Source of the DNA: Halorutilales archaeon Cl-col2-1
GTDB taxonomy: Archaea > Halobacteriota > Halobacteria > Halobacteriales > Afararchaeaceae
Assembly (NCBI GenBank): GCA_041891055.1
Contig: CP169074.1
Coordinates: 160,001 to 224,000, forward strand
DNA: 64,000 bases
Direction of reading: 5' to 3'
How positions within the stretch are numbered: position 1 is the first letter of the stretch; every line of letters starts with the position of its first letter. The position numbers were made by a program, and so were the translations under genes. The notes below the pieces were generated by a model. The model was not told where the DNA came from. It searched no databases and saw only the letters and a list, made by a program, of their open reading frames with translations. Of this stretch, positions 1 through 9,583 are shown one piece after another.

Positions 1-63
1 GAGTTCATGCGTGTCCAGGAGGCATATGAGAGCCTGATGGAGGAGCGTGAGGCAGAACCGTAA
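1..63 (+). CDS. 3' end of a probable J-domain (DnaJ-like) protein, partial
   Basis: Frame 1 reads EFMRVQEAYESLMEEREAEP*. F-x-x-V-x-EAYE-x-L resembles the end of a J domain. Confidence 0.55.
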   Translation, partial: EFMRVQEAYESLMEEREAEP

Positions 64-89
64 TTAGTCTCTGTCACCAACCATCTCCA

Positions 90-2408
90 ATGCCAGAGTC
101 AGGGACTGCGGACGTAGAATCCGACTACATAAGCCATCCTCTCCTCAACGACTCGACAGTGGAGAGGAGGATGTACCAGCTTGAGCTTTCGAGTGCCGCG
201 CTCTCGTCCCCGTCTCTTGTTGTACTCCCGACCGGAACAGGAAAGACGTCTGTCTCTCTCCTCGTTACCGCGGCACGTCTTAACCGTCTCGGGGGTAAGT
301 CCCTACTTCTCGCACCTACGAAGCCCCTAGTCGAACAGCACGCAGAGTTCTTCCGCGAGGCTCTTGACTTACCTGACTCCGAGATAGTCGTCTTCACGGG
401 CGATACTCCACCCGACGAGAGGAGCGATGTCTGGGAAGACGCACGTGTGGTAATCGCTACGCCTCAGGTCATCGAGAACGACATAATCGGGAGCCGTATA
501 GATCTCTCCGATGTCGTACATCTCACATTCGACGAGTGCCACAGGGCTACCGGCGACTACTCGTACGTCTACATAGCCGAGAGCTACGCGAGAGACGCCG
601 ACTCCCCGCTCGTGACGGGAATGACTGCGTCGCCGGGGTCGAACAAGGAAGAGATACTTGAAGTCTGTGACAACCTCGGGATCGAGAACGTCGAGATAAT
701 GACCGAGGAGGACTCCGACCTCTCGGAGTACACACACGAGACAGACGTAGAGTGGAAACACGTAGACGTCCCTGACGAGATACTCGAAGTCCGTGACCTG
801 ATCGAGGATGTCGTGAAGGACAGGATGGAACGTCTCAAGAGCCTTGGGGTGATCAACACCGCACGCACTGACGTCTCGATGAACAAGCTCCTGAGTGCGA
901 GGGGGAAGATACAGGAGATGATGGACAACGACGAGTCGGCGGGCTACTCGGCGATGTCTATACACGCCGAGGTGATGAAGCTACGCCACGCAGTCGAGAT
1001 AGTCGAGACACAGGGCGTTGACACTCTCGTCTCTTACTTCGATAAGCTCGAGAACGAGGCTCGGTCGTCAGGAGGAAGCAAGGCGGTCAAGAGACTGATG
1101 TCGGAAGACCGCATACAGGAGGCGAGACGCAGAGCCGAGGAGTACGACGGTCTACATCCCAAGATGGAGGTTCTGAGGTCGTACGTCGTAGATATCCTCT
1201 CGGGAGACGACCCGTCACGTGTCATAGTCTTCACGGAGTACCGTGACACGGCGGCGACACTCACTGACTTCTTCGAGTCCCACGACGGAATCGAGCCACA
1301 GAGGTTCGTGGGGCAGTCGAACAAGGACGGCGACCCGGGGATGACACAGACCGACCAGAAGGAAGCCATCGAGGGCTTCAAGTCGGGTGAATCGAACGTC
1401 TTAGTCGCCACCTCGGTCGCCGAGGAGGGTATCGACATACCCGAGGTCGACCTCGTCCTCTTCTACGAGCCCGTGCCGTCGGAGATACGGAGTATACAGA
1501 GGAGAGGACGCACGGGAAGACAGAGACAGGGTAACGTCGTCGTACTCATCGCTGAGGACACGAGAGACGAGGCGTACTTCTGGTCAGCAAAGAGGAAGGA
1601 GAAGAAGATGAAGTCGGAGATGGAGGATCTCAAAGGCGTCGCCGACGAGATCAACGACGAGATAGGTGACGACCAGAGAACTCTCGGCGAGTTCGACGAC
1701 GACAGTGATGACGCCGCCGAGACTGAGACGACCTGTACTGACTCCGACACTGGAACTGATGCCGACGTCGTAGTAGTCGCCGACCAGCGTGAGACGAAGT
1801 CGAGCGTCGTAAAAGAAATTGACCGAAGCGACGACGTCGACGTCCGTCTCGAAACACTCGATGTCGGAGACTACGTCGCCAGCAGCCGGGTGGGTGTTGA
1901 GAGGAAGACGACCGACGACTTCGTGTCGAGTATCACGGGAGAGAGGTCGATCTTCGAACAGGTCAAGAACCTGTCGTCGAACTACTCGTCTCCTATGATG
2001 GTAGTCGAGGGGTCTCCCGAGGAGCTCTACTCGAAGGGAGTCCATCCCAACGCAGTCAGAGGGGCACTCACATCTGTCTCGGTCGACTTCGGCGTCTCGG
2101 TCGTCTTCTCACGCGGAGACGAAGACACAGCCGAGCTTCTGATGGCGGCGGCGAGACGAGAACAGATCGAGAACGACACTGAGGTACAGCTTCACGACGA
2201 CAAGTCGAGCGCGACAGTCTCCGAACAGCAGGAGTACGTGGTTTCGAGCATCGCCGACGTCGGACGCGTGATAGCTCGGAATCTACTTGAGGAGTTCGGG
2301 ACTGTCGAGAACGTCATGACTGCGTCTGTCGAGGATCTCAAGCAGGTCGACAAGGTCGGCGAGAAGACTGCGAGACGTATACGTGAGGTCGTGACTCAGA
2401 AGTACTGA
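90..2408 (+). CDS. hef: Hef helicase/nuclease (FANCM-like DEAH helicase plus ERCC4 nuclease and HhH)
   Basis: LPTGTGKT Walker A, DECH box, QRRGRTGR motif VI, C-terminal GDY..VERKT ERCC4 motif and HhH. Confidence 0.95.
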   Translation: MPESGTADVESDYISHPLLNDSTVERRMYQLELSSAALSSPSLVVLPTGTGKTSVSLLVTAARLNRLGGKSLLLAPTKPLVEQHAEFFREALDLPDSEIVVFTGDTPPDERSDVWEDARVVIATPQVIENDIIGSRIDLSDVVHLTFDECHRATGDYSYVYIAESYARDADSPLVTGMTASPGSNKEEILEVCDNLGIENVEIMTEEDSDLSEYTHETDVEWKHVDVPDEILEVRDLIEDVVKDRMERLKSLGVINTARTDVSMNKLLSARGKIQEMMDNDESAGYSAMSIHAEVMKLRHAVEIVETQGVDTLVSYFDKLENEARSSGGSKAVKRLMSEDRIQEARRRAEEYDGLHPKMEVLRSYVVDILSGDDPSRVIVFTEYRDTAATLTDFFESHDGIEPQRFVGQSNKDGDPGMTQTDQKEAIEGFKSGESNVLVATSVAEEGIDIPEVDLVLFYEPVPSEIRSIQRRGRTGRQRQGNVVVLIAEDTRDEAYFWSAKRKEKKMKSEMEDLKGVADEINDEIGDDQRTLGEFDDDSDDAAETETTCTDSDTGTDADVVVVADQRETKSSVVKEIDRSDDVDVRLETLDVGDYVASSRVGVERKTTDDFVSSITGERSIFEQVKNLSSNYSSPMMVVEGSPEELYSKGVHPNAVRGALTSVSVDFGVSVVFSRGDEDTAELLMAAARREQIENDTEVQLHDDKSSATVSEQQEYVVSSIADVGRVIARNLLEEFGTVENVMTASVEDLKQVDKVGEKTARRIREVVTQKY

Positions 2409-2442
2409 TGCGCTCCTCCGAAGACCCCCAACTCGAACCGAC

Positions 2443-3777
2443 TCAGTCCCAGTCCTCGTCGGTCTCGATGTGTGTGAACTCCTTCGTGTCGTCTCCTGTG
2501 TAGTCGTCGACTATCTGTCCGTCACCTTCTATGTAGTACTTGTAGGTCGTGAGTCCGTCGAGACCCACGGGACCCCTCGCGTGGATCTTGCCCGTGCTGA
2601 TACCGACCTCGGCGCCTAATCCGTACCTGTATCCGTCGCTGAACCGTGTCGAGGCGTTGTGGTAGACACTCGCGGAGTCGACCGACGTCATGAAGTCGTG
2701 TGCTGTCTCGTCGTTCTCGGTCACGACGGAGTCTGTGTGCTTCGATCCGTATGTGTTGACGTGGTCTATCGCCTCGTCAGACGACCCTACGACCTTGACC
2801 GAGATTATGAGGTCGCCGTACTCAGTCGACCAGTCTTCGTCAGTTGCCTCCTCGGCGTCGATGACCTCGCGGGTTGCGTCGTCTCCTCTGACCTCGACGC
2901 CGGTCTCCTCGTACCTCTCGGCTATACGTGGCAGGAACTCTTCGGCGACGTCGCCGTGGACGAGGAGTGTCTCGGCTGCGTTACACGCCGCAGGGTACTG
3001 TACCTTCGAGTCGTAGGCGATATTTACGGCGTCGTCGAGATCGGCTTCGTCGTCGACGTAGACGTGGCAGATGCCCTCGGTATGTCCTAAGACGGGTATC
3101 TTGGTGTTGTCCTGTATCATCTCGACGAACTCGGTGCTTCCCCTCGGCATTACGAGGTCTATCGAGTCGTTCATTCCGAGTATCGTCTCGACGTCCTCGC
3201 GTGCCTCGATTAGCTGTGCCCAGCCGTCGGGGACTAGATCTGCATCCACATTCTCAGTAGCGTCTCTTATGGCGTCGAAGAGTACCCTGTTCGACTCCTT
3301 CGCCTCGCTTCCTCCCTTGAGTATCACCGAGTTACCCGAACGGAGACACAGAGACGCGATCTGGGGAAGTGCGTCGGGTCTCGACTCGAAGACAGAGCCG
3401 ACGACTCCTATAGGAACTGTGACCTCGTAGAGGTCGAGATCTTCGTCGAGCTCTCTCGCGGAGGTCGTCTCGCCGAGAGGGTCTTCCTGTTCGGCGACGC
3501 TTCTCACCATCTCGGCTATCTCCTCGACCTTAGTCTCCGAGAGCTTGAGACGGTCGACGAGAACCTGACTGTACTCGCCCTTTTCGAGCATCTCCTCCGC
3601 CTCCTCGACGTCGACGGCGTTGGCTTCGAGTATCTCGTCTGTCCTCGCCTCTATCTCGTCGGCTATCGCTCTCAGAGCCTCTGCCCTGTCCTCGTCGGAA
3701 GTCCTCGCGATCCTGAGTGCGGCTTCCTCGGCTTCCTCGACCTTCTTTTCGGTAGGTACCTGTTGGCGTACTGTCAT
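2443..3777 (-). CDS. proA: gamma-glutamyl phosphate reductase
   Basis: FESRPD, CNAAETLL, NASTRFSDG and GISTGKIHARGP motifs. Confidence 0.97.
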   Translation of the reverse strand: MTVRQQVPTEKKVEEAEEAALRIARTSDEDRAEALRAIADEIEARTDEILEANAVDVEEAEEMLEKGEYSQVLVDRLKLSETKVEEIAEMVRSVAEQEDPLGETTSARELDEDLDLYEVTVPIGVVGSVFESRPDALPQIASLCLRSGNSVILKGGSEAKESNRVLFDAIRDATENVDADLVPDGWAQLIEAREDVETILGMNDSIDLVMPRGSTEFVEMIQDNTKIPVLGHTEGICHVYVDDEADLDDAVNIAYDSKVQYPAACNAAETLLVHGDVAEEFLPRIAERYEETGVEVRGDDATREVIDAEEATDEDWSTEYGDLIISVKVVGSSDEAIDHVNTYGSKHTDSVVTENDETAHDFMTSVDSASVYHNASTRFSDGYRYGLGAEVGISTGKIHARGPVGLDGLTTYKYYIEGDGQIVDDYTGDDTKEFTHIETDEDWD

Positions 3778-3829
3778 TGTTGTGTATTAGCTCTCTACCT
3801 GTGTATCCTTTTCCCTCTCATACCGATAT

Positions 3830-4708
3830 CTACTCGTCATTACCATCTTCCTCGTCTCGGTTCACGGGAAGGAAGAGAGTCCCTACTACGTCGCCCTCGG
3901 CTATCCGTTCGAGGACGTCTTCTTCGGCTGACCCCGCTATCACGGCGGGAATACCTCTCTCGTTGACCTTCCTCGCGCCGTCGACCTTCGTCTCTATGCC
4001 TCCGAATCCACCGCTCGAGGTCTCGTCTACGAGTTCACGTATCTCGTCGAAGTCCTCGCCGACCTCCCTGACTATCTCGGCGTCTGGGTTCTCCTTCGGG
4101 TTCTCGGTGTAGACTCCACCTACATCTGTGAGTGTGACGAGTAGGTCGGCATCGACTCCCGTGGCGATAGACGACGAGATTATGTCGTTGTCGCCTATCT
4201 TGATCTCCTCGACAGCTATCGCGTCGTTCTCATTTATGATTGGTACGACGCCCCAGTCGAAGAGTGTCTCTACCGTATTTCTGAAGTTGGTGAACCTGTC
4301 GGTGTCGTTGAGATCCTCGTGAGTGATGAGTACCTGTGCGACCTCGACGCCGTACCTCTCGAAGCTCTCGGAGTACCGTCTCATGAGACGGCTCTGTCCT
4401 ATCGTCGAGGCAGCCTGTATGTCCTCTATCGAGTCGGTGGGATGGTCGACACGTCCCTTTCCCGCGCCGACTGCGCCCGACGATACGAGTATGACCTCCT
4501 TTCCGCGTTCGACGAGATCCATGAGGTCGTCGACGAGCTTGTCGAGCTTCGAGTCATCGAGGTTAGAGTCTTCGTCTGTGAGCGAGTTGGTTCCCGCCTT
4601 GACGACGACCCTGCCGGCGTCGGCTGCGATACGTCTCGCCTCGTCGCCTCTCACGTGGAACTCTCCTCCGTCTGTACTCCTCGTTTTTTGTATATCGTTG
4701 TCTTGCAT
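3830..4708 (-). CDS. proB: glutamate 5-kinase (no PUA domain)
   Basis: [24 protein letters not shown] and GDNDIIS motifs; lies between proC and proA. Confidence 0.95.
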   Translation of the reverse strand: MQDNDIQKTRSTDGGEFHVRGDEARRIAADAGRVVVKAGTNSLTDEDSNLDDSKLDKLVDDLMDLVERGKEVILVSSGAVGAGKGRVDHPTDSIEDIQAASTIGQSRLMRRYSESFERYGVEVAQVLITHEDLNDTDRFTNFRNTVETLFDWGVVPIINENDAIAVEEIKIGDNDIISSSIATGVDADLLVTLTDVGGVYTENPKENPDAEIVREVGEDFDEIRELVDETSSGGFGGIETKVDGARKVNERGIPAVIAGSAEEDVLERIAEGDVVGTLFLPVNRDEEDGNDE

Positions 4709-4714
4709 CTTATC

Positions 4715-5503
4715 TCACCCGTTCTGAATCTCGTCTGATATCTCGACGGATCGTTCCTCGGCTGCCTCTACGGCTTCCCCGACCTTCTGACTCACGTCGC
4801 TGTCGCGCAGAACCTTCATTCCCTCGATAGTTGTGCCCCCGGGGGAACAGACCGCGTCTATGAGGTCTTCGAGGTCTCCGTCGTGTCTCATCACCGTCTC
4901 GGCGGCTCCCTTGAATGTCTGTGCGGCGAGTCTCTCGGCGTCTTCGTCTTCGAAGCCCGACTCGACACCCGCCTCTGCCATCGCCTTTATGAGGTAGAAG
5001 ACGAAAGCAGGCCCGCTTCCGTTGATCGCAGTCGCGGCGTCCATCAGGCTCTCGTCAACCTCTACAAAGCTACCGAGGTCTTCGAGTATATGTCGGAGTT
5101 CGGGGGTCATACCGACGTTCGAGGCGACTGCCGCAGCCATCTCACGGTTCTCGGCTGCGAGGTTGGGCATCACCCTGTAGACCTTCGCGTCGGTTCTGTC
5201 TTCGAGGAAGTCGAGACGCACTCCCGCGGCGAAAGAGACTAGAGACTGGTCGGACGACAGGTCGATTTCATCGAGGACACCGCCGATGTCGCCGGGCTTT
5301 ACCGAGAGGACGACTACCTTCGAGTCGCCCGCCTCGGAAGTCTCTGTCGTAGTCGTCGACGCGTAAGCCTCGGCGTCTTCTAGCTTCGGTGGGTTCCTGT
5401 CACAGACCGTAATCGAGTAGCCACCGGATTCGTGGAGTCCTTTTACGACTGCACTTCCCTGGTTCCCGTATCCTATGACGCTGACGCTAATATCTGAGGT
5501 CAT
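4715..5503 (-). CDS. proC: pyrroline-5-carboxylate reductase
   Basis: IGYGNQG, RVMPN, GSGPAF and VCSPGGTT motifs. Confidence 0.96.
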   Translation of the reverse strand: MTSDISVSVIGYGNQGSAVVKGLHESGGYSITVCDRNPPKLEDAEAYASTTTTETSEAGDSKVVVLSVKPGDIGGVLDEIDLSSDQSLVSFAAGVRLDFLEDRTDAKVYRVMPNLAAENREMAAAVASNVGMTPELRHILEDLGSFVEVDESLMDAATAINGSGPAFVFYLIKAMAEAGVESGFEDEDAERLAAQTFKGAAETVMRHDGDLEDLIDAVCSPGGTTIEGMKVLRDSDVSQKVGEAVEAAEERSVEISDEIQNG

Positions 5504-5542
5504 GTTTGGATTAGTTTAGTTAGGTTAGATTCGGAATCTCGC

Positions 5543-5671
5543 CTACCGAGGAAGACTGGATATTGGTAGGATGGAGGACTCGGAAGAAAGAGGAGGAACA
5601 CGGCTCAGGAAAAGCGAGACCGTTCGTCTAACTGTCTGTTTCCATATCGCCGTGTCCGTCTGAGTCTGCAT
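5543..5671 (-). CDS. putative 42-aa leader peptide (uORF) of the proCBA operon
   Basis: ATG lies about 27 nt downstream of a BRE/TATA. Product is MQTQTDTAIWKQTVRRTVSLFLSRVPPLSSESSILPISSLPR*. The stop is 39 nt before the proC ATG. Not in the ORF track. Confidence 0.45.
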   Translation of the reverse strand: MQTQTDTAIWKQTVRRTVSLFLSRVPPLSSESSILPISSLPR

Positions 5672-5695
5672 TTGACTCAGAGACGGCTGCTTGAG

Positions 5696-5710
5696 TTATA
5701 AGCCTTTTCG
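5696..5710 (-). promoter_or_regulatory. BRE-TATA promoter of the uORF-proCBA transcript
   Basis: Minus strand CGAAAAGGCTTATAA: purine-rich BRE followed by TTATAA, with canonical spacing to ATG 5671. Confidence 0.6.
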
Positions 5711-5770
5711 GTTCTCGGCTGTATCGAAGCCTAGTCTCCCCCGAAGTCAGGTGTCGGTGTCGAGTCTGTG

Positions 5771-5950
5771 TCAGAGGCGGTCGTCGAGGTCGACGGGCTC
5801 CTCTGTTCTTATCCATGCGAGCGGGTTCTGTGTCTCGTAGAACATCGTGTCACCCGACTCGGTCTCGTAAGACTCGACCTCTCTTTCACTGTCGGAGCTG
5901 TCACTCGAATCAGAGCTATCGCGGTTATCGTTAAATCCCCCTACGGACAT
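5771..5950 (-). CDS. small conserved haloarchaeal protein (59 aa, DUF7331-like)
   Basis: MSVGGFNDNRDSSDSSDSSDSEREVESYETESGDTMFYETQNPLAWIRTEEPVDLDDRL*. The ESYET..FY...NPLAW pattern is recalled from haloarchaeal small proteins. Below the ORF-track cutoff; TATA at 5988-5994. Confidence 0.7.
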   Translation of the reverse strand: MSVGGFNDNRDSSDSSDSSDSEREVESYETESGDTMFYETQNPLAWIRTEEPVDLDDRL

Positions 5951-6015
5951 TCTTGTGATTCCCCCACGTCATAGATGGGCACGCCCCTATATAATCCTTG
6001 TGAACAGTTATCAGA

Positions 6016-6240
6016 TCACTTGTACATCTTCTCGTCGAGTTCTGGGAAGTCGACGTTCGAGTCGGCGAAGGCTCCTCTGACACGGCTCTCGTAGAGGAGC
6101 ATTCCGAGGTCGAGGACTGCCTGAGGGGGAACCCTGACGTCGTCATCGAACGACGACTCGCTCCAGGAGTTGTACTCCTCGACCACGTCCATTGCGTCCT
6201 TGAGACTCCTGAGCATCAGTGACTTGTATCTGTCTTTCAT
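6016..6240 (-). CDS. hypothetical protein (74 aa)
   Basis: Acidic ORF with host-like codon usage filling the gap before pheS. Confidence 0.7.
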   Translation of the reverse strand: MKDRYKSLMLRSLKDAMDVVEEYNSWSESSFDDDVRVPPQAVLDLGMLLYESRVRGAFADSNVDFPELDEKMYK

Positions 6241-6356
6241 TGGATGGGCTTAGTCGTCGGGAGCATAGATAACTGTCGAATGCTTACCCAACACGGACGT
6301 GACGACAGGACTAAGGGCGACGTTCTCCTCGGTAAGAGTAGGGACAGAGTGGTAAG

Positions 6357-7853
6357 ATGGAAACGGATCTAACAGACAGTCAGACGAAGGTTCTCGAAGC
6401 CGTGTCTGAAGCCGAATCCGAAGCCGAGGAGACTACGGCCACAGTCACGGTAGACGACCTCGCCGACGAGACGGGTCTCGGAAGAGGCCCTGTCGAACAG
6501 GCGGTCTTCGACCTACAGGAGTTGGGACTCGTTGAGGTCGACGAGGAGACCGAGGTCAGGTACGAACTCACCGACGAGGGGGAGGAGTACGCCGAAAACG
6601 AGCTTCCCGAGAGACGTCTCCACAGCTACCTCGTCGAGAACGACGGCGCCGAGATGTCGGAGTTACAGGAAATCGACGGCTTCAACGTCGGAATAGGACA
6701 TCTCAGGAGTAAGGGCTGGGCGGAGATAGAAGACGGCTTCGTAGAGCCAAAAGACGCACCCGAGAGCGACGATGAGAGAGGACTTGAGACTCTATCCTCG
6801 GGCGGGGAGATAGACGAGGAAATGGGCGAGGAGCTGGAGAGACGTGGTCTAGTCTCGGATAAGACGGTACGGACTGTCACAGTCGGTCTCACACGTGAGG
6901 GTGAGGAGGCTCTGAGCATGAGCGAGGTGGATTCGGGAGCCGAGAAGGTCGGAGAGCTGACACACGAGATGCTCGCGACGGGAGACTGGAGGGACAGGGA
7001 GTTCGCGTCGTACAACGTCGAGGCGGAGCCTCCGGAAGAGTTCGGAGGGCGCGAGCACATACTCAGACAGCTCGCAAACCGTGTCAAGGAGGTTCTGACG
7101 AGCATGGGGTTCAAGGAGATGGAAGGACCCCACGTCGACTCGGAGTTCTACATAAACGACTGTCTCTTCATGCCCCAGGATCACCCCGCGAGGACACACT
7201 GGGACAAGTTCAACATAGAAGATCCGAGCCACGCCAACGACCTTCCGGAGTTTGCCGACGACGTCGAGAGGATGCACCACGAGGGAGCCGAGGGAGGCGA
7301 GGGCTACCACTCCGACTGGGAGAGAGACGTCGCTCGGCGTCTCAACCTGAGGGGACACACGACTTCTCTGACGGTACGTTACCTCGCACAGGATCTCGAA
7401 CCCCCACAGAGATTCTTCAGCGTCGACAAGGTCTACAGGAACGACACACTCGACCCGACTCATCTTCTCGAGTTCTACCAGATAGAGGGCTGGGTGATGG
7501 CACGTGACCTCTCAGTGCGTGACCTGATGGGAACCTTCGAGGAGTTCTACAACAGGTTCGGAATAGAGGAGATAGAGTTCAAGCCGCATTACAACCCCTA
7601 TACGGAGCCGAGCTTCGAGATATTCGGCGAACATCCCGAGACAGGGGACCTCATAGAGATAGGGAACTCGGGAATGTTCAGACGTGAGATACTCGAACCC
7701 CACGGTATAGACGACGACGTCGAGGTCATCGCGTGGGGACTCGCGCTCGAACGTCTTCTGATGCTTATCTACGGATTCGAGGACATACGTGACGTACACG
7801 GAACACTCGCTGACCTGGAGCTTCTGAGGGAGGTGCCCGTACTATGGCAGTAA
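6357..7853 (+). CDS. pheS: phenylalanyl-tRNA synthetase alpha subunit
   Basis: PQDHPAR, VYRNDTLDPTHLLEFYQIEG, YNPYTEPS and WGLALERL motifs. Confidence 0.97.
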   Translation: METDLTDSQTKVLEAVSEAESEAEETTATVTVDDLADETGLGRGPVEQAVFDLQELGLVEVDEETEVRYELTDEGEEYAENELPERRLHSYLVENDGAEMSELQEIDGFNVGIGHLRSKGWAEIEDGFVEPKDAPESDDERGLETLSSGGEIDEEMGEELERRGLVSDKTVRTVTVGLTREGEEALSMSEVDSGAEKVGELTHEMLATGDWRDREFASYNVEAEPPEEFGGREHILRQLANRVKEVLTSMGFKEMEGPHVDSEFYINDCLFMPQDHPARTHWDKFNIEDPSHANDLPEFADDVERMHHEGAEGGEGYHSDWERDVARRLNLRGHTTSLTVRYLAQDLEPPQRFFSVDKVYRNDTLDPTHLLEFYQIEGWVMARDLSVRDLMGTFEEFYNRFGIEEIEFKPHYNPYTEPSFEIFGEHPETGDLIEIGNSGMFRREILEPHGIDDDVEVIAWGLALERLLMLIYGFEDIRDVHGTLADLELLREVPVLWQ

Positions 7854-9544
7854 TAGAGATAGAGATAGACGAACTGAGGAGACTTGTAGGGAGGGAGCTA
7901 TCGAAAGACGAGTTCATAGATGACCTCTTCGAGCTGGGTGTAGAGTTCGAGTACGAGGAAGACGGCACTCTCGGATTCGAGGTAGTCCCCGACAGACCCG
8001 ACCGTCTGAGCGTCGAGGGTCTCGCACGGTCGCTGAGGTACGACTACGGGATAGACAAGGGTGTTTACGTCCCCGAGACGACCGAGGGCGACCTGACGGT
8101 ACGTGTCGACGACTCCGTCTCGGAGGTACGTCCCTACGTTACCGCCGCGGTCGTTAGAGACGTCGATCTGAGTGGCGGCGTCTTGGACTCGATCATACAG
8201 CTTCAGGAGAAGCTACATTCGACAGTCGGAAGGAGACGCAACAAGGGTGCGATAGGAGTCCACGACCTCTCGATGATAAAGGGGAACGAGATACTCTATA
8301 AGGGGGTCGACCCCGACGACGAGAGCTTCGTGCCTCTCGACATAGGCGAAGACGACTCCGAAGAGAAGAACCTGAGAGAGATGACCCCTAAGGAGGTCAT
8401 GGAAGACCATCCCGTAGGACGTGAGTACGCCTCTATACTCGAAGGACACGACCGCGTCCCCGCTATCTACGACAGCATAGGTCTCTTCTCGTTCCCACCC
8501 GTCATAAACGGACAGAGGACACGCGTGACTGAGAGGACACGTGACCTCCTCATAGAGCTCACGGGAACCTACGAGTGGACTGTCGACAAGATGCTCAACA
8601 TACTCCTCTACGCGCTCGACGCGAGAGGTGGTCAGATAGAGGAAGTCGAGGTCGTCTACGAGAACCAGCCGCGGCGTCTCAAGCCCGACCTCTCTACGAA
8701 GACGAAGTCGGTGACACACGACCGCATAGAGTCGGTTCTCGGAACAGAGTTCTCGGAGGACGAGGTCGTCGAGTACCTCGAAAGGTCGGGTATGGAGGCG
8801 ACTCCGAGAGACGACGGCTATGATGTCAGAATCCCGCCGTACAGAACCGACATCAAGCATCCCCTCGACGTCATAGACGACATAGGACGCGCCTACGGAT
8901 TCAACTCGATGGAGCCGAGGTACCCCGACGTCTCGACGGTCGGTGAGCTATCCGACTCAACACGTATGGAGAACGCCGTCAGGAAGCAGTTAGTCGGGCT
9001 CGGCTTCCAGGATCTACTCAACTTCGTCCTCACGAGTCCCGAGTCGAACTACGACGGCATGCGTACCTCCGAAGGCGACGACGAGGTAGGGTTCGAGGAC
9101 GGTATACGGATAGAGAACCCCTACAGCGAGGACTACTCGATGATGAGGACGTGGCTGCTGCCGTCTGTCATCGAGGTTCTGTCGAACAACACTCACCGTG
9201 AGTATCCCCAGAACCTCTCTGAGATAGGAACAGTAGCCGAGAAGGACGGGACCGGCGAGACAGGTGTCCGTGAGACCAAACACGTCTCTGCGGTCGTCTG
9301 TGGAACAGAGGCGGGTTACGAGGCTGCGAAGGCTCGTCTCAACTCGCTCGTCGACGACTTCGGCTCCGACCTCGAAACCCCCGCGACTCACCATCCCTCG
9401 TTCATAGACGGTAGATCCGCGAGCGTCATAATCGACGGTGACGACGTAGGTGTGATAGGCGAGATACATCCCGAGATACTCGCCGAGAACGAGATTACGA
9501 TGCCGGTCGCTGGCTTCGAGTTCGAGTTAGACGCTCTGCGTTGA
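7844..9544 (+). CDS. pheT: phenylalanyl-tRNA synthetase beta subunit
   Basis: DRPDRLSVEG, QEKLH, PPYRTDIKHPLDVIDD; overlaps the end of pheS. Confidence 0.96.
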   Translation: MAVIEIEIDELRRLVGRELSKDEFIDDLFELGVEFEYEEDGTLGFEVVPDRPDRLSVEGLARSLRYDYGIDKGVYVPETTEGDLTVRVDDSVSEVRPYVTAAVVRDVDLSGGVLDSIIQLQEKLHSTVGRRRNKGAIGVHDLSMIKGNEILYKGVDPDDESFVPLDIGEDDSEEKNLREMTPKEVMEDHPVGREYASILEGHDRVPAIYDSIGLFSFPPVINGQRTRVTERTRDLLIELTGTYEWTVDKMLNILLYALDARGGQIEEVEVVYENQPRRLKPDLSTKTKSVTHDRIESVLGTEFSEDEVVEYLERSGMEATPRDDGYDVRIPPYRTDIKHPLDVIDDIGRAYGFNSMEPRYPDVSTVGELSDSTRMENAVRKQLVGLGFQDLLNFVLTSPESNYDGMRTSEGDDEVGFEDGIRIENPYSEDYSMMRTWLLPSVIEVLSNNTHREYPQNLSEIGTVAEKDGTGETGVRETKHVSAVVCGTEAGYEAAKARLNSLVDDFGSDLETPATHHPSFIDGRSASVIIDGDDVGVIGEIHPEILAENEITMPVAGFEFELDALR

Positions 9545-9583
9545 TCGGTACTAACTAATACGCTCGACTCCGTCTTTGTCCTA

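Noticed and set aside
5511-5528. TTAG-like tandem repeats upstream of proC
   Set aside because: Too short and irregular for CRISPR or iterons; treated as an unstructured spacer.
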